From assembly GCA_009103225.1 (NCBI GenBank), contig RHPI01003389.1:186001-250000 (forward strand): 64,000 nucleotides of DNA, read 5' to 3'. Each line of letters begins with the position of its first letter. The first letter of the stretch is position 1. This stretch comes from Chlorokybus atmophyticus. Taxonomy: Eukaryota; Plantae; Mesostigma and Chlorokybus algae. Both the position numbers and the translations under genes were made by a program. Below the pieces are notes generated by a model, which worked only from the letters and a program-made list of their open reading frames with translations, was not told where the DNA came from and did no database searches. Of this stretch, positions 63,554 to 64,000 are shown one piece after another.

Positions 63554-63939
63554 CTACGCCTTGGCAGGTGTAAGTCCATACTCCACATCAACAAAGCTCT
63601 CCACATCCCACAGAAAACTGCCAAAGGCGACAGCCTCCAATATCACTTTCTTCAACGCCGAGACACTAATGGTAATCACATTGTCCTCAATTGCCACCAT
63701 CCCACCCTCCAGAGACTTGGGCTGCAGCAGACAACAGTGGGTCAAGACAGAAGGGTATGTATGCACGCTGCATGCAGTCAAAAAATACGCAAATGTCACG
63801 ACTAGATACACTGAGATGGAATGGTTGGTGGGCTATCTGAGAAAAACGACCTAATTATAACCGCCAATGGCCATGCGTATACCTGAGGAGGGTCACCAAA
63901 GAGGGCTCGCAGATGCCGCTCTGCGACATTCGCAGCCTC
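63554..63939 (-). CDS. 3' end (last two exons) of a DUF760 / UV-B-induced At3g17800-like chloroplast protein; gene continues past the right edge
   Basis: EAANVAERHLRALFGDPPQ (63883-63939) spliced to PKS..ITISVSALKKVILEAVAFGSFLWDVESFVD..* (63554-63721); the LEAVxFGSFLWDVES motif is characteristic. Confidence 0.85.
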
Positions 63940-64000
63940 CTGTGGAGCAAATATCACAATGAGAACAATGCAAGCTTGGCAGCGGCATTCCCACTGCGGA

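Overview
Eukaryotic nuclear DNA, about 50% GC, with many short GT-AG introns. The gene content points to an early-diverging streptophyte green alga (Chlorokybus-like; inference, not provable from this window). Bases ~1.6-47 kb are gene-dense. They hold spliced genes for CDP-DAG synthase, ureide permease, AP-3 beta, a DUF971/GBBH-like protein, a small plastid membrane protein, mitochondrial-type rpL35, a TERMINAL EAR1-like MEI2 protein, OS9, an AKAP7-like 2H phosphoesterase, kinesin-8, an LCBK2-like lipid kinase, and a large 21-aa-repeat protein with a bipartite thylakoid-lumen signal. Bases ~48-61 kb are an AT-rich island followed by a nested transposon stack: a Penelope-like RT relic split by a full-length decayed chromovirus (with a possible adenine-MTase-like domain), a 1.5-kb palindrome-rich insert, and a 511-bp TRIM sharing termini and PPT with the chromovirus. 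The last two exons of a DUF760 gene lie at the right edge. Exon chains were assembled by eye, so some 5' ends are tentative.
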